The notes under the pieces were generated by a model. The model had not been told where the DNA came from and searched no databases. It saw only the letters and a program-made list of their open reading frames with translations. A DNA stretch of 64,000 nucleotides from Felis catus (lineage: Eukaryota): positions 216,010,001 to 216,074,000 of the forward strand of contig NC_058368.1 in the NCBI RefSeq assembly GCF_018350175.1. The letters are read 5' to 3'. Below are positions 50,931 to 64,000 of the stretch, one piece after another. A program made the position numbers and the translations under genes. The number at the start of each line of letters is the position of its first letter. Positions within the stretch are counted from its first letter, which is position 1.

Positions 50931-51123
50931 GTTATGTTTTTAATGTTTATTTATTTTTGAAATAGGAAGAATGAGAATGGGGAAGGGACAGAGAGAGACA
51001 GACAGAAGATCCGAAGCAGGCTCTGCACTGTCAGCACAGAGCCCAATGTGGGGCTCAAACTCCAGAACCTTGAGATCATGACCTGAGCCAGACACTTAAC
51101 TGACTGAGCCACGCAGGTGCCCT
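50931..51123 (-). mobile_element. Felid Can-SINE
   Basis: Ends ctgagccacgcaggtgccc; small internal deletion. Confidence 0.93.
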
Positions 51124-54100
51124 ACCTTTTATTTCTAGCACAACCTACAGTTACCCTTCATCTTTTTTCAATGGCTTTTTTGTTTTGTTTTGCTTTTTGT
51201 TTTGTTTTTATTTCTTCTTTCTGGTTAGCCAGATCTTGTCAATTTTCCATAGTCTGGATTCTTTTCTAAACTGAAAAGTAGGTCTAAACACTGGATTATA
51301 TTCATATTAAACATTTTGGCAAGAGTCCTCTGTAGATGATGCATATTTCATATTGTATCACATCAAGGGGCATTAAAGGTCCACATCATATGATTAAAAA
51401 TTGAGTACTGTATTACTTTCATTCCTGTCAGATCTCTCCATTACAAAGATATGATTTCCCCTGGTAACTGGTAAATAATATGTGTGTTGATACTTTCTCA
51501 TATTGCAAATATCCTGTTAATCGACAACACTTTGTCAAATGGTTTTGGCGTATAACAATGATTATCATTTGAATCAGTTAATTTTTTTCTGATTATAAAG
51601 TATTATTTTTATATTCCCCTCATTTATTAACTGACATACTTTATTCATACTATATTTACTGAATTGTAATTGAATTAAAATTCTCTAAAAATGAGTGGAA
51701 AAAAAAGAAAAAAGGGAAAGGCTTGGTGCTTAATTCTTTTCTTTCAGTTACCAATTTTCAAAGTGAAGAGTTGAGTTGACCTTTAGTAGTGGTGTTTATG
51801 TATTCTTTCTCTCTCTTTGTCTTAAAAGGAAAAAAAAAACTCTGTGGACTCATGGATTCTAATTATCTAATAATTTGCAATTAGTTGTAGTCATTCATTC
51901 TCTGCAAGATCGTCACAAATGTGGTCATCGGGAATTATTGAAGCAAGTTTCTGCATACTTTTGACATACTTCTGAGTTATGATATCCTTCTGAGTTGCAA
52001 CTAGATGCAATGAATTTCCAGTCTTTTATCACTCCAGTAACTCAGATGTTTATTTCTAAATATGATGCCATGAAAAGGAGTTGTGACTCTTGGTAAAAAG
52101 TTCTATTACTGAAAGAAGAAATATAAGGTGAGTTCGCCACATGTACCAGAACATATGTAAGCAGGCCAAGAATATTGGAAGTATGTCAAAAGTATGTATA
52201 TATATCGACACTCCTGATTCAAATGGTGAATGTTTAGAGGTTGTGCATAACGTCTTCAACTTTTATATTTGTATTTCTTCTTTCTCTGTCCTGAAAAGTG
52301 TGATTTAGAGTAATGTTAGTGTTACTACTATTTTGTTTTATTCTCTGATAAATACAAATATTTTTTCTGCGTAGTTATAGGTTATCACCTTGATAGAGTT
52401 AAGTTTCCTGTTGAAATTTGTTTGTAATTTTAGGACTTTATTTTCTCTGTATTTAAATTTCCTTTTGTATATGTAACTATTTACATATACAAAAATCAAA
52501 ACCACATAAAAATGATATATTCCAAGAAGGATCATTCCTTTTCTGATTCCCTGTATAATTTTCTCCCTTTCTGTCTGTGTGTGTGGCCAATTTTTATAGT
52601 GTGTGTTTTTTAGTTGTTTTTTTTTTACAATAATGATATAATATGTGTTTCTATGTGCATATAATATTGAACTATATACACTCTTGTGTATCTCGCTGCC
52701 TCAAACCCTACACGAGTTTTCTAATCATTCATATTATAACTGCTTTATCTTAACTCAATATTTTATTTATTTCTCCTGACATAGGAAGATGGTTACGTTT
52801 ATTAAAAGGGGAGCTAAGATCATTAACTTTATACTGTGTGGAACCCTAATAATCAATGCGTATTTTCAGAGTTAACATTTTGTCAAAGCAAAAGCACATT
52901 TTATAATATGTGTTCTAAGCTTCTTTTCAACCAGTTGAATACCCTGTGTGATCAATTACTCAAGAAAATGATCATTCAGATCAGAATAGTAGACCAGAAT
53001 TCTGGAGGGAGAAAGAAAACATAATTTACTCCCACAGGAAAAAGAACTATTCAATTAAAGAATTCTACTTAGTGGATATCTCCTCTGCCTTTCCCCTCTC
53101 TCAAGTAAGTATACCTACACAGGAAAATTGAGAGCAAAAGTAGCAATCCAAATAATATTACATCATAGTGAATATCTATGTAGCATTCATAATTCTAGTC
53201 ATAATTTAATCCCTTTAAATATATATGTATGTAATTTACATATAAAATAAATACTACACATATTTTAATGTTTAGAAGTGAATATTGATTTATATAGAAA
53301 TAGTTATATAGATATAAATAAATATACATAAGAACTCAGAATCATGAATGCAACTATGAGTGTTATATTAATATTAACACTATTATTATTATTAGGATTC
53401 AGATCCATTGACTTTTCCTAACAACACATAGTACCATCATTTCCATTTAAAAGCTGAAAAACAAGCCCAGTGTCAAAACAAGCATTGAGTGTGGTAACTG
53501 AAATCAAAGTAAAGTAGCCCTTGCTCTCATAGGCTGCACTGAACTTTCAAATATCCCCATCCCAATAAGATTAGGGGCAATTATAAAGATGAGTTTATCA
53601 GTATGAAAATTCTCTTCAGAAAAGATGATACTGCTATTTGTCCAGATGCTATTATTATTACAGTGCGTGTGTAGACAAGAGCCTCAGTTAAAATCTAGGC
53701 TTTTTAGTTACAAAATCTGCTTTCATGACAAATAGGTTCCTGATGATCAGCCGAATGAGTAAACTTTGTTTAATTAACAGAGCCCAGTACGACTAAGTTC
53801 TAACGCACTGATGCAGTTTACCCAATCTGAGTCTTCATGAGAAGTTAGTGCATTATTATCTGCCACAAATCTATGAAACAAACCCTACCTGAATCGGCCA
53901 TCAACGATACGTTCCTTGCGTCTCAAAACAGAAGTCTAATTTGGAGTGAGTTGAAGGAATACAAAGTAATGGGCATCAACACGTTGCTCTCAGCTTAACA
54001 TTAATGTGCTTCACTGGAGCACCTATTCTCCAACAATACATATTAAGTAAAAGATTTTCAAGAGTTAGTAATTTAAATTCTCGGAATTACTCTAATGGTA

Positions 54101-54258
54101 GTTTTTTTTTTTTTTTTTTTTTCAGATTTAGTAACACTAATAAAAACATTTGGATAAGAAGCTGTGTTTTAGCTTCTCTGCTTGTCTCCTCAAAAACAAA
54201 ATATCTGAATTTTAATTCAGAACAACATGTATTTATAGAAATCAATCAAAGAAGTTAT

Positions 54259-54487
54259 GGGGCGCCTGGGTGAGCTCAGTCTGTTGAGCCCCTGACTTCC
54301 GCTCAGGTCATGATCTCCTGGTTTGGGAGTTCGAGTCCTACATCCGGCTCTCTGCTGACAGCTCAGAGCCTGGAGCCTGCTTCAGATTCTGTGTTCCCCC
54401 TCTCTCTGCCCTTCCCCCACTCGCACTCTGTCTCTCTCTGCCTCTCAAAAATAAAGAAACGGAATGAAAAAAATATTAAAAAAAAAA
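54259..54487 (+). mobile_element. Felid Can-SINE
   Basis: ggggcgcctgggtg head, CT run, A tail. Confidence 0.95.
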
Positions 54488-55370
54488 AAGAAGCTGCAAT
54501 TTCTCTTCAAACCCAGAAAAGTTGAAAATAGGGCTTTCTCTCCTTCATTGAGCTTTCTCTTGTGACGAGATTATATTTGAGTACTGAGATGGCAGCACTG
54601 GTGTCCATGTAGTTATGGCAGAAATATGTACTTCAAGTTCAATGGCTAGGTGTATTAATGAGGATATTATTAGAATGTGTTCTCATGAATAAAATCCCAG
54701 TAAAAACTCGGTTCAAGATATCACATAAATAGGATTCTCTAAAGCATCAAAAACTAATTGTAACTCATTTAATCTAGGATATAATTAAGTGCTCATTACA
54801 AGGAAATGAACATTAGAGTAGCTATGCCCTGCAATTATTAGATTTTCAGATAAATAATAATTATGATTTTTAAATTTGCAATGGATACTGAAACAAGATA
54901 GTGTTATAAGAGTGTATAGAAAGGTGAGCTTAGAATTTAAAAGAATAGATTATATATAATATATACGATTTATTTATTTATGTTTATACATTATGTGTCT
55001 ATATAAACACAGCTAATTGTTTTGTAGAGAGCTTAAGTTTAGGATTCTCATTTGTAGCTTCTTACATCACAGTTCTAAGGATGCTTTCATCCTGTTAGAT
55101 ACTAATTAATAGGTGAGAACAACCAGTCTTAGAGATATTTAGAAACTTAGCAAGTTTCTCCAGTATTGTAGACACACAACTGGTGTAGACACACAACTGC
55201 GAACAACTGGTTTGCCTCAGCAACCTCGACTGCAAGTCTGTGTGCCTGATATGAAGTGTTATTCTTGCTTAAAGCTCAGTGTTTCTAACCTGTTTCTCTC
55301 CCAAGAGAGATTTTGGATGAATTTTACTAATCCATACTGCCTTTATAAGTTATGACTTTTTCTGAATCAT

Positions 55371-55467
55371 TTCTTCTTCTTCCTCTTCCTCCTCCTCCTC
55401 CTCCCCCTCCTCCCCCTTCTTCTTCTTCTTCTTCTTCTTCTTCTTCTTCTTCTTCTTCTTCTCCTTC
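55371..55467. repeat. Compound (TCC)n(TTC)n trinucleotide repeat
   Basis: Directly visible. Confidence 0.95.
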
Positions 55468-55529
55468 AGAATGCTTATAATTTTGCCTACTTTTCTGCTC
55501 TTGACTCCTAGCACATATCAGATTTTCCC

Positions 55530-55971
55530 AGTATCCTGCCATGTTCATCCCAGTTGACAATTAGAAATTGATGAATGCGAGCTCCAAAATCAACATTTTT
55601 ATTTTGGTCCTCCAGATCAATTTTCAGCCAATAATGGATGACATCAATTGTCTTCCTCAACTTCTGCTGCTGGGAAAGTATTGCCAAAGGGAGCCAATAT
55701 TAGAAGGTAAGAGGAAGGTGAGATGAGGGTATATGCCCCCCGACTTCTCTCTGCACTTGCTGGGGCTCATTATATTCCACAGCCATATTCACAACAACTA
55801 GTCTCTACCCTACTCTGGTCTCTTTGGGCTTAAGTGCCCAGACACTGCATCATCTTTTACTGTTGTCCTCACCTACTTCCAATTGTATAAATGTGTCTTT
55901 TCAAAGAAAGAAAATCTTTAAACTGTCCTAAAAAATGATACCTGTTTCCTTTTGGAACCATGACTCATACA
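55530..55971 (+). mobile_element. LTR40/41-like ERVL LTR
   Basis: Ends cctgtttccttttggaaccatgactcataca. Confidence 0.55.
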
Positions 55972-57205
55972 TAATCCATTATTTAGCCAAAATAATGCCA
56001 AATAATTATTAAAAAGTGATATTTTTCTCCGTTTAAATCATCAATAAGTCATTAAATCACTTGCTATTCCAAACGAACCAATGGATTATTGTCTCTTGTA
56101 TGGGAAATAATTTATTAATGATGGAAGAATATTGAGACAGAAAATTAGCACAATGGCACATTGTATTTATTTGAGAAAATAAATACAAATTACTTAGCAA
56201 CAAAGGTAAAATTTATTAAGGATAGTAATGAGACATTCATATTCCTGAAGCTTTTTTTTTCTTTCTTTCTTTTTTTTTTTTTTGTGCCACTGTCCCAGCT
56301 TTTTAAAGAATTAGTTCTTAGGCTATGATCCCAAGAATGTAGAGAATATGAGAGCAAGAGAAGATTAATTAGAGATCAATTTATGTGAATAAGCACCTTG
56401 AGATTCAAATGAAAAATGAAGGATCTCTACTTGTGCATTGAAACCCTTCCTCTTTTTAAACTATTTTACAAGGTTTCCTTAAAACTACTTTTAAGTAACA
56501 ATTGATATTTTCCTCACAACTATAAACATAAAATAGTATCAAACCAGCATTTGCTAAAATGTAAACCAGTGATTTCTTGTTTTATCTGTGCTGATTGCAT
56601 TTATAAGAGCAAAATGTAAATGGGCTACTTTGGGCACTAAATATAACTAATTCACTCCTCATGTTCTATCTGAAGCACAATTGTGAGGCCCTCTGACTGA
56701 CATGTTGATTTCCTCTCGGTAAGGGTGATGTAATTAACGTGACCTTTTGATAAGGTGGGAGATACAGGGTGAGACAAGTGTTCTCTGGAGAGCTATTAGC
56801 AGCTTCTGAGCAATTTGCTAATAGTAGAGCTACCTGTATTAAAATCACACAGTTAAGAAGATAATTGACAACCATAATAATGAGTATGTACAGGGAAAGG
56901 AGAGACATAAAGTGAAAGAAAGCTGTTAATTACTTAAGAAATGATGAATTTTAGTGCTAAGTAAACTGTGATTTGGGCACTTTGGCTTGGAAAACACAGT
57001 AAATAACTTTAACAAGCCTGCAGGTAATCATGGGTCTATCCGGTGTGGAAAATTGCGTGGCTTTATTCCTACTGTCAGATAGCATTTTTATTTTTGTTTT
57101 TTAGTTTCCATCAAGACTCCAATCCCAGATCCAGTGAAACACAAATGTAGTGGAAACATGACAAGTTCGTACTAAGGCACGAAGTCTCTATATTCTAAGT
57201 TTAAA

Positions 57206-57390
57206 CTTTTTTTTTAATGTTTTATTTATTTTTAAGAGAGAGCAAGTGGGGGAGGGGACAGAGAGAGGGACAGAGGATCTGAAGCGGGCTCTGCTTTGAC
57301 AGCGGTGAACCCGATATGGGGCTCAAACTCATGGGACCCTGACCTGAGCCGAAGTCGGATGCTCAGCTGACTAAGCCACCCAAGTGCCCC
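57206..57390 (-). mobile_element. Felid Can-SINE
   Basis: Perfect 19-bp TSD tctatattctaagtttaaa at 57187-57205 and 57391-57409. Confidence 0.96.
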
Positions 57391-59228
57391 TCTATATTCT
57401 AAGTTTAAATAGACCTCCTTATATTCTAGATTTTAAAACCTGCCATGTGATAGACTTACAAGTTACTCTATCATAATAAACAGACTCTGAAACGACAGGC
57501 ATCCTTGAAGACTATTTTTTTTTCACAAAGTAAAAATAAGACATAAAAATGGCTTAGTCATGTTTTTTTCTAGTTATCAGAATTTCCTACTATGCCCACT
57601 GGATCAATGGCACTCTCTGTTCATCTAGACTCCTGTATTTAGTTGTTGTTTTCAGTTAGCTGTGGTTACTTAACGTCCATTTCTTTTCATAAATTGCAGT
57701 GTTGCATTGAGAAGGAGTTATTTTAGAACAATGGAAAATTAAAGAGTGAAATAGTGGTACCGTTATATTTGTGCTTCTTCAAATGTACTTCTAATCAAAG
57801 TTTATATTTTGACAGTTCAGGAGAACAAAGTATCTACATTTTCATTTAATAATAACAACAATACTAAAATAAGCTGTTACCGATCATGTAGCTGAATATT
57901 CATTTTGAATGATTATTCTTAGCAACCCAAGATATTTATGATTCTCAAGCATATGCGCTCTCAATATTTGGCTGAGTTTTGCTAACAAGGTGATTCATTT
58001 TTATAGGTGTAGACATGTTCTTACGGGATTTGCCAGACAACTGAGTAACTTAACTAGAACTATCCATCCGTTTCATGTTACACGTTAATAAGGCCCCCTG
58101 ATAATGTTCACCGATAATACTCTGGACAGAGACTAATGTTTTCTGCATCTGAATGATTATTTTATATGACCACCAATGGTAACAAATATGTATATTTCAC
58201 AAGTGAAGAAAAATAATGTGCCCTTAGTAGGGTTCCTGAATGTAGAATTTGGCAAGCTGATGAATGGATTTAAATTCAAAAGTAAACCCAGGGCTGAGGT
58301 TGTAAAAGAAACAAAATTAGAAGGGTTTGAGGAATTCGTGATTTAATAGGGTCATGGACTTCTCAAAGATTCCCAGAAGCACCAAGTTATTTTAAAGTGA
58401 TAAATAATTGGAACACAGAAATAGTATGGCTTAGTATACATTTTCTCCCAGAATCTTGAATTACAAATTGGAGGGAGTTCCAGAAAGACTTGAAAATCTT
58501 CCAATATTCTATAACTTGGGCTGGTTGAGAAATACCATAAAACTCAGGATATATACGACAAAGGTATGATTGTTGTCACATTTTATACTATTTTTCCATT
58601 TCTTTTAAGCAAAATTTTCTTATTCAGTAAGCTTAAAATGCATTCAGGGAAGGATCCATTTGATATATCACTTTAACACAACGATATCATAAAATCATTT
58701 AAGGGAATAAATTGATATGACAAGAAAAAAATAGTGTTTCTTCTCTATACTTTTTATTCTTTTCTATGGAGTTCGGAAAAGGGAATATGTTATAAATATA
58801 TTAACACAAATTGAATATAATTAAGTACGTATAGTCTATAATTTAGGATATATAAAAACACCTTGCTTAAACAAATAGTTCTCTTGTGCCATTTAAAAAT
58901 TATTTCAGCACTATTATGCAATGCAGTTGAACTTATTTTATTTCTATTAAGTAATAGTAATTAAGTAAATTATTAAGTATTAAGTATTAAGTAAATTATT
59001 ACTATTTAAGATAGAATTCACAGTCTCTCAGTTGTTTTCCCTGTTTTTTTTTTTTTTTTTTGATTCAGTCCTAACTTATCAAAGATGGATATCATTACTG
59101 CAACAATGTATAAAACCAGGTCAGCTGATAGTGTTCTCTAAAGATGCCCTGATCAGAAACGGAAGATTGCTACATCTGAAACTCTCTAAGTATGTATATA
59201 TTTATATCATCAAGAATATCAAAAAGGA

Positions 59229-59454
59229 GGGGCGCCTGGGTAGCTCAGTCCGTTAAGCATCCGATTTCAGCTCGGGTCATGATCTTGTGGTTCGTGGGTT
59301 CCAGCCCCCAGTCGGGCTCTGTGCTGACAGTTCATAGCCTGGAACCTGCTTTGGATTTTGTGTCTCCCTCTCTCTCTGCCCCTCCCCCACTTGTGCTCTG
59401 TCTCTCTGTCTCTCTCTCTCAAAAGTAAATAATCAATAAAAAAAATTAAAAAAA
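59229..59454 (+). mobile_element. Felid Can-SINE
   Basis: TSD aagaatatcaaWaagga at 59212-59228 and 59455-59471. Confidence 0.96.
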
Positions 59455-60714
59455 AAGAATATCAATAAGGAGAGAAGTAACAATAAGTAGTTTATCTTCC
59501 TGTTAAATTCACATTTCATTATTGGCATTAAGCTTTAACCCCACTTACAAACCAAGGTAATTGTAGGGTATGTGATATGAAGTTTGTTTGGCGATGGATG
59601 ATTAAAACCAATAAATTTTTCACTTCCTAGATACATAAAACAAATTGTGGTTTCTTAATTATATAATATTCTTCATAGAATTAATACCTTGATAGATTAT
59701 GACATTTTAATATTTTATTATGTTATTGATTCATCCAAAACTGAATTTACTTTCAACTGATAATTGTAGGTTTTCATTATAAACATTAAGAACTAAAACA
59801 TTTTAAAAGGTGAATGATATGACACCTATACATGTTGGCACAAATAAAAAAAAACCCATAATTTTTAAAGCTGCACTAAGTACAAACTAGTATTTTCCTT
59901 GAATATGGAAAATTCTATAAACACTTCACTCAGCTTAAAACAGATTCTAAAAAGAAAAAAAAAATCAAAACTATTTATAAGCAGCACCTGGTGAATGGCC
60001 AAGACATCCGTGATATGTTCAGGGAAAGAAGAAAGCCAACAACATAAAAACACTTATTAACATAGCATCTGCTACATGCCAATGTTTCAAATACTAAGGG
60101 TATATGATAATTAAGCCTTATTTTCTAATCAAGAGGAGGTGAATGGTTTGTTGGGATAGATGCATTTTAACGAATGATGATATACAATGTGTTAAGGACA
60201 TAATAGATGCAGTAATTAAAGCACAATTTAATTGATTTTGCAACTTAAGAAGCTGAATAAATTCAATGATTATTTTTATTTTTACTTTTTTGCCCAAGAA
60301 CTATATGGTCCCAGTTTAGTACTATTATTCCATCATGCTGATATCTTGGTTGGCAGAAATGGAAAAATGCCTTGACATAATATGGTTCCATATGAAATGC
60401 AATATTGAGAGTCCAATAAATGGAGATTGAGAGAAAAGAAACTAACGGTTGTTAGTTTAAGAACAATTAAGATAAATATTGAAGTTATTGAAGAATGATA
60501 TTAAGATTGGACAATATGAGCTGTGGTTGATCTGTACTTTGTAAGAGCCATGATACAAAGAAGGTTGAAAATTACAGGGACTTTAAATAATTGGACAAAG
60601 ATAGATGAGTTATATTTATAGAAAAATATTTAAGACAAAGATAGATTACCTATCTCTCCCTACATGACTATGAGTACTTCTTTCCTGAGGCCACAATTTC
60701 CCTCATAGATGTAC

Positions 60715-60975
60715 TATTTTTTTTTTCCAGTGATGGTTAGTTAAGTTGAACAGCTTTTCATGTAGTTGCTGTATGTGTTTTTTGGAAAAAGATGTCTATT
60801 CACATATTTTACTCAAAAGGGTTATTTGTTTCTTGGCTACGGAGTTTTAGGAGTTCATTATATATTTTGGATATTAATCTCTTATCAGATATATGGTTTG
60901 TAGATTATCTCTCCTATTCTGTGTGTTGTTTTTCATTTTGTTGATTCTCTCATTTGCTGCGCAGAAGCTTTTTAT
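60715..60975 (-). mobile_element. Older L1 ORF2 fragment
   Basis: ttttggatattaatctcttatcagatatatggtttg...gcagaagctttt. Confidence 0.85.
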
Positions 60976-61574
60976 TTATTTTTTATCTCTATTTTTAAAT
61001 TTAACTTATTATTTTTCTTTTAATTCCAGTACAATTAACACAGTGTTACGTTAGTTTCAGGTGTACCATATAGTGAGTCAACCCTTCCGTATTACTCAGT
61101 TCTTATCAAGATAAATGTACTCCTCACACTCTTTACCTATTTGACTCATTTCCCTGCCTCCCCTCCCAACCACATTTGTTCTCTGTATTTAAGGGTCTGT
61201 TTTGTTGTCTAGCTGTTGTTGTTGTTCATTTGTTTTGTTTCTTAAGTTCCACATATGAGTAAAATCATGTTTTTTCTTTCTCTGAGGGGCTTATTTCACT
61301 TGGCATTATAGTCTCTGGATCCATCCATGTTGTAACACATGGTTAAGATTTCATCCTTTCTTATGGATGAGTAATATTCCACTGTATGTACATGCCACAT
61401 CTTCTTTATCCAACTACCAATGGATATTGGGTTGCTTCTATAATTTGGCTATTGTAAATCATCCTACAATAAATATAGGAGTGCATTATCCTTTTGAATT
61501 AGTGCTTTCATATTTTGGGTAACTGCCCAGTAGTTGAATTACTGGATCATATGGTAATTCAGTTTTTATTTTTA

Positions 61575-61712
61575 AGTTTTTTTTTTAAGTTTATTTATTT
61601 ATTTTTGAAAGACATAGAGAAATAGAGAGAGAGAGATAGCAAGACAGGGGGAGGGACAGAGAGAGGAAGAGAGAGAATCCCAGGGAGGTTCTGTGCTGTC
61701 AGTGTGGAGCTA
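61575..61712 (-). mobile_element. 5'-truncated Can-SINE inside L1
   Basis: T tail and GA run up to ctgtgctgtcagtgtggagc. Confidence 0.85.
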
Positions 61713-62068
61713 GATTAGATTTTTTCATTTTTTTGAGGAACCTCTATATTATAATTTCCACGGTTGCTGCATCAGTTTGAAATCCAATTAACAGTGCATA
61801 AACATTCCTTTTTTTCCACATTCTTGCCAACACTTATTGTTTCTCATGTTTTTAATTTGACCATTCTGACAGGTGTGAGATGATATCTCATTATGGTTTT
61901 GATTTGCATTTTCCTGATGATGAGTGATGTTGAGCATCTTTTCATGTGTCTGTTGGCCATCTGTATCACTTCTTAGGAGAAATGTCTGTTCATGTTCTGC
62001 CCATTTTTAATTGGATTATTTGGGTTTTTGGTGTTGAGTTGTATCAGTTCTTTATATATTTCGAAATA

Positions 62069-62275
62069 TTTCTTTTAATGTTTATTTTTGAAAGAGATAG
62101 AGAGAGAGCATGAGCAAGTGAGGGTCAGAGAGAGAGAGAGAGACACAGAATCTGAAGCAGGGTCCAGGATCTGAGTTGTCAGCACAGAGCCCAACACGGG
62201 CTCCAACCCATGAACCCTGAGATTATGACCTGAGCCAAAGTCAGGCACTCAACCGACTGAGCCACCCAGGCTCCT
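62069..62275 (-). mobile_element. Can-SINE inside L1
   Basis: TSD ttctttatatattt. Confidence 0.94.
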
Positions 62276-62852
62276 CTATTCTTTATATATTTTGGATATG
62301 AATTTCTATTGGATGTGTCATTTCAAATATCTTCTCCTATTCAGTAGATTGTCTTTTTGTTTTGTTGATTCCTTTGCATTGCAGAGGCATTTTTTTTCTT
62401 TTTGATGTAGTTTCAATAGTTCATTTTACTTGTTTATTTTGCCTTAGTAGACATATCTAGAAAAATATTGCTATGGGCAATGTCAGAGTGATTTTTACCT
62501 ATGCTCTCTTCTAGGATTTTTATGGTTTCAAGTTTTACATTTAGGTCTTTAAACCATTTTGAGTTTGTCTTCATTTATGATGTAAGAAAGTGGTTCAATA
62601 TCAGTCGTTTGCATGTAACTGCCCAGTTTTCCCAACACCATTTGTTGAAGAGACTGTTTTTTTGCCATTGTGTATGCTCCCTTTGTCCAAGATTAATTGA
62701 ACATATAATCATGGGTTTATTTCTGGGCTCTCCATCCAGTTCTTTGTATCTATATTTGTGCAACTATCATACTGCTTTGATTACTACAGTTTCGTAATAT
62801 ATTTTAAAATCTGGGATTGTGACACCTTAAGTTTTGTTCTTCCTTTTCAAGA

Positions 62853-63156
62853 CTGAAACTGTAACTAATATAATACTGTATGTTAATTACAATGGAATTA
62901 AAAAATTTTTAAAAATCGATTTAAATTAAGAAAATAAAAAATAAAAAGCTTCTTCACCTCAAAGGAAACAATCAACATAGAAAAAGGAAGAAATAATTTG
63001 CATACCATAAATACAATAATGAATTAATATCTAAAATATAAAATGAACTCCTAAAACTCCATAGTGAAGAGACAGCACCATTTTATTGGTAAGAAAAAGG
63101 CAAGTATAGACATTTTCCAAAGAAAGACATATGACAGCTGCATGAAATCTGCTCAA
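62853..63156 (+). mobile_element. L1 tail plus older L1 ORF2 fragment (inverted counterpart of 60740-61060)
   Basis: ctgaaact...tgttaatt...ggaatta, A-rich tail, then aaaaagcttc...aatgaactcctaaaactcc. Confidence 0.75.
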
Positions 63157-63962
63157 AAGTTAAGGACCAGATGACTTTATAACTGAATTCTACCAAATAG
63201 TTAATACCTTTTGTTCTCAAACCATTTCAAAAAATAGAAGAGAAGGAAAGCTTTCAAATTCAGTCTATGAGGCCAGGAGTACCCTGATACCAAAACCATA
63301 TATAGACATTACAAGAAAGAGAACTACAGGGCAAGATTTCTGATAAACATAAATGCAAAAATTCTCAACAAAATATTAGCAAACAAAATCCAATGCTGTA
63401 TTAAAAAAATTATTCACCACAATCAAGTTGGATTTATTCCTGGGATTAAAGGTGGTTCACTATTCACAAATCAATCAATATGGCACATCACATCAACAAG
63501 AGAAAGGATAAAAACCTTGTGATCACTTCAATAGGAGCAGAAAAAGCATTTGACAAAGTAAAACATCCATTCATGATAAAAGCCTTCCACAAAGTAGGTT
63601 TAGAGGGAGCATACCTCAACATAATGAAGGCCTTATATGAAAAAACCACAGCTAACATCATACTCATTGGGGAAAACCTGAAAGCTTTTCCCCTAAGAAC
63701 AGTAATAAGCAAGGATGTCCACTCTCACCACTTTTATTCATCATAGTACTGGAAGTCCTGGCTGCAGCAATCAGAGAAGAGAAAGAAAAAGAAAAAGCCA
63801 TTTGAATTGGGAAGGAAGAAGTATAACTTTCACTATTTGCAGAAGACATGATACTATATACAGGAAATCCTAAAGATTCCACTGAAAAAAATACTAGAAT
63901 GGATAAATGAATTCAGTAAGGTCACAGGATGCAAAATCAATATACAGAAATCTTTAGCATTT
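63157..63962 (+). mobile_element. L1 ORF2 reverse-transcriptase region, decayed
   Basis: [32 protein letters not shown] in ORF 63480-63746; LFAEDMILY near 63835-63860; starts at the KSPGPDG-equivalent. Confidence 0.93.
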
Positions 63963-64000
63963 CTTTTTTTTCAATTTTATTTATTTATTTTGAGAAAGAG
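63963..64000 (-). mobile_element. Probable Can-SINE tail running off the window
   Basis: ttttatttatttattttgagaaagag. Confidence 0.7.

Larger units (their letters stand above)
60976..62852 (-). mobile_element. Carnivore L1 3' portion (decayed ORF2 end, 3'UTR, tail) with two nested SINEs
   Basis: [15 protein letters not shown] in ORF 62575-62763; carnivore L1 3'UTR at 61020-61260. Confidence 0.92.

Noticed and set aside
52935..53104. AG...GTAAGT-bounded exon-like segment
   Set aside because: Stops in all three frames and no other support; at most non-coding.
55167..55200. 17-bp tandem duplication tgtagacacacaactg(g/c); similar small duplications at 8348-8392 and 17741-17766
   Set aside because: Ordinary slippage duplications with only two copies.
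55327..55560. ORF with poly-Glu/poly-Gly
   Set aside because: Produced by the TCC/TTC microsatellite.
1192..59454. Recurrent ~200-bp repeats with tRNA-like heads, considered as tRNA genes or a CRISPR-like array
   Set aside because: They are dispersed Can-SINEs with CT runs, A tails and individual TSDs.

Overview
AT-rich mammalian genomic DNA from a felid, judged from about 29 cat-type Can-SINEs and a cat-type L1. The window looks intergenic or deep intronic. I recognise no host protein-coding gene, RNA gene or CRISPR array, and almost all ORFs in the six-frame track are repeat-derived or chance. The window is a layered transposon landscape. It holds a young 5'-truncated L1 whose 386-codon ORF2 C-terminus is uninterrupted (19.2-20.6 kb) and two solo LTRs with 6-bp target-site duplications: one inserted inside a SINE, the other carrying an array of short stem-loops. 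A cluster of old ERVL-class relics spans 24-46 kb, including a two-LTR provirus and a provirus with a tRNA-Ser primer site. There is also an isolated L1 5'UTR and a complex inverted L1 rearrangement at the right end. I found no convincing novel biological system. The best leads are the LTR hairpin array, the L1 inversion with a duplicated junction, the LTR-in-SINE insertion, the Ser-primed class III ERV and a few unvalidated exon-like segments. Repeat family names come from my recall of consensus sequences, not a database search, and boundaries of old repeats are approximate.
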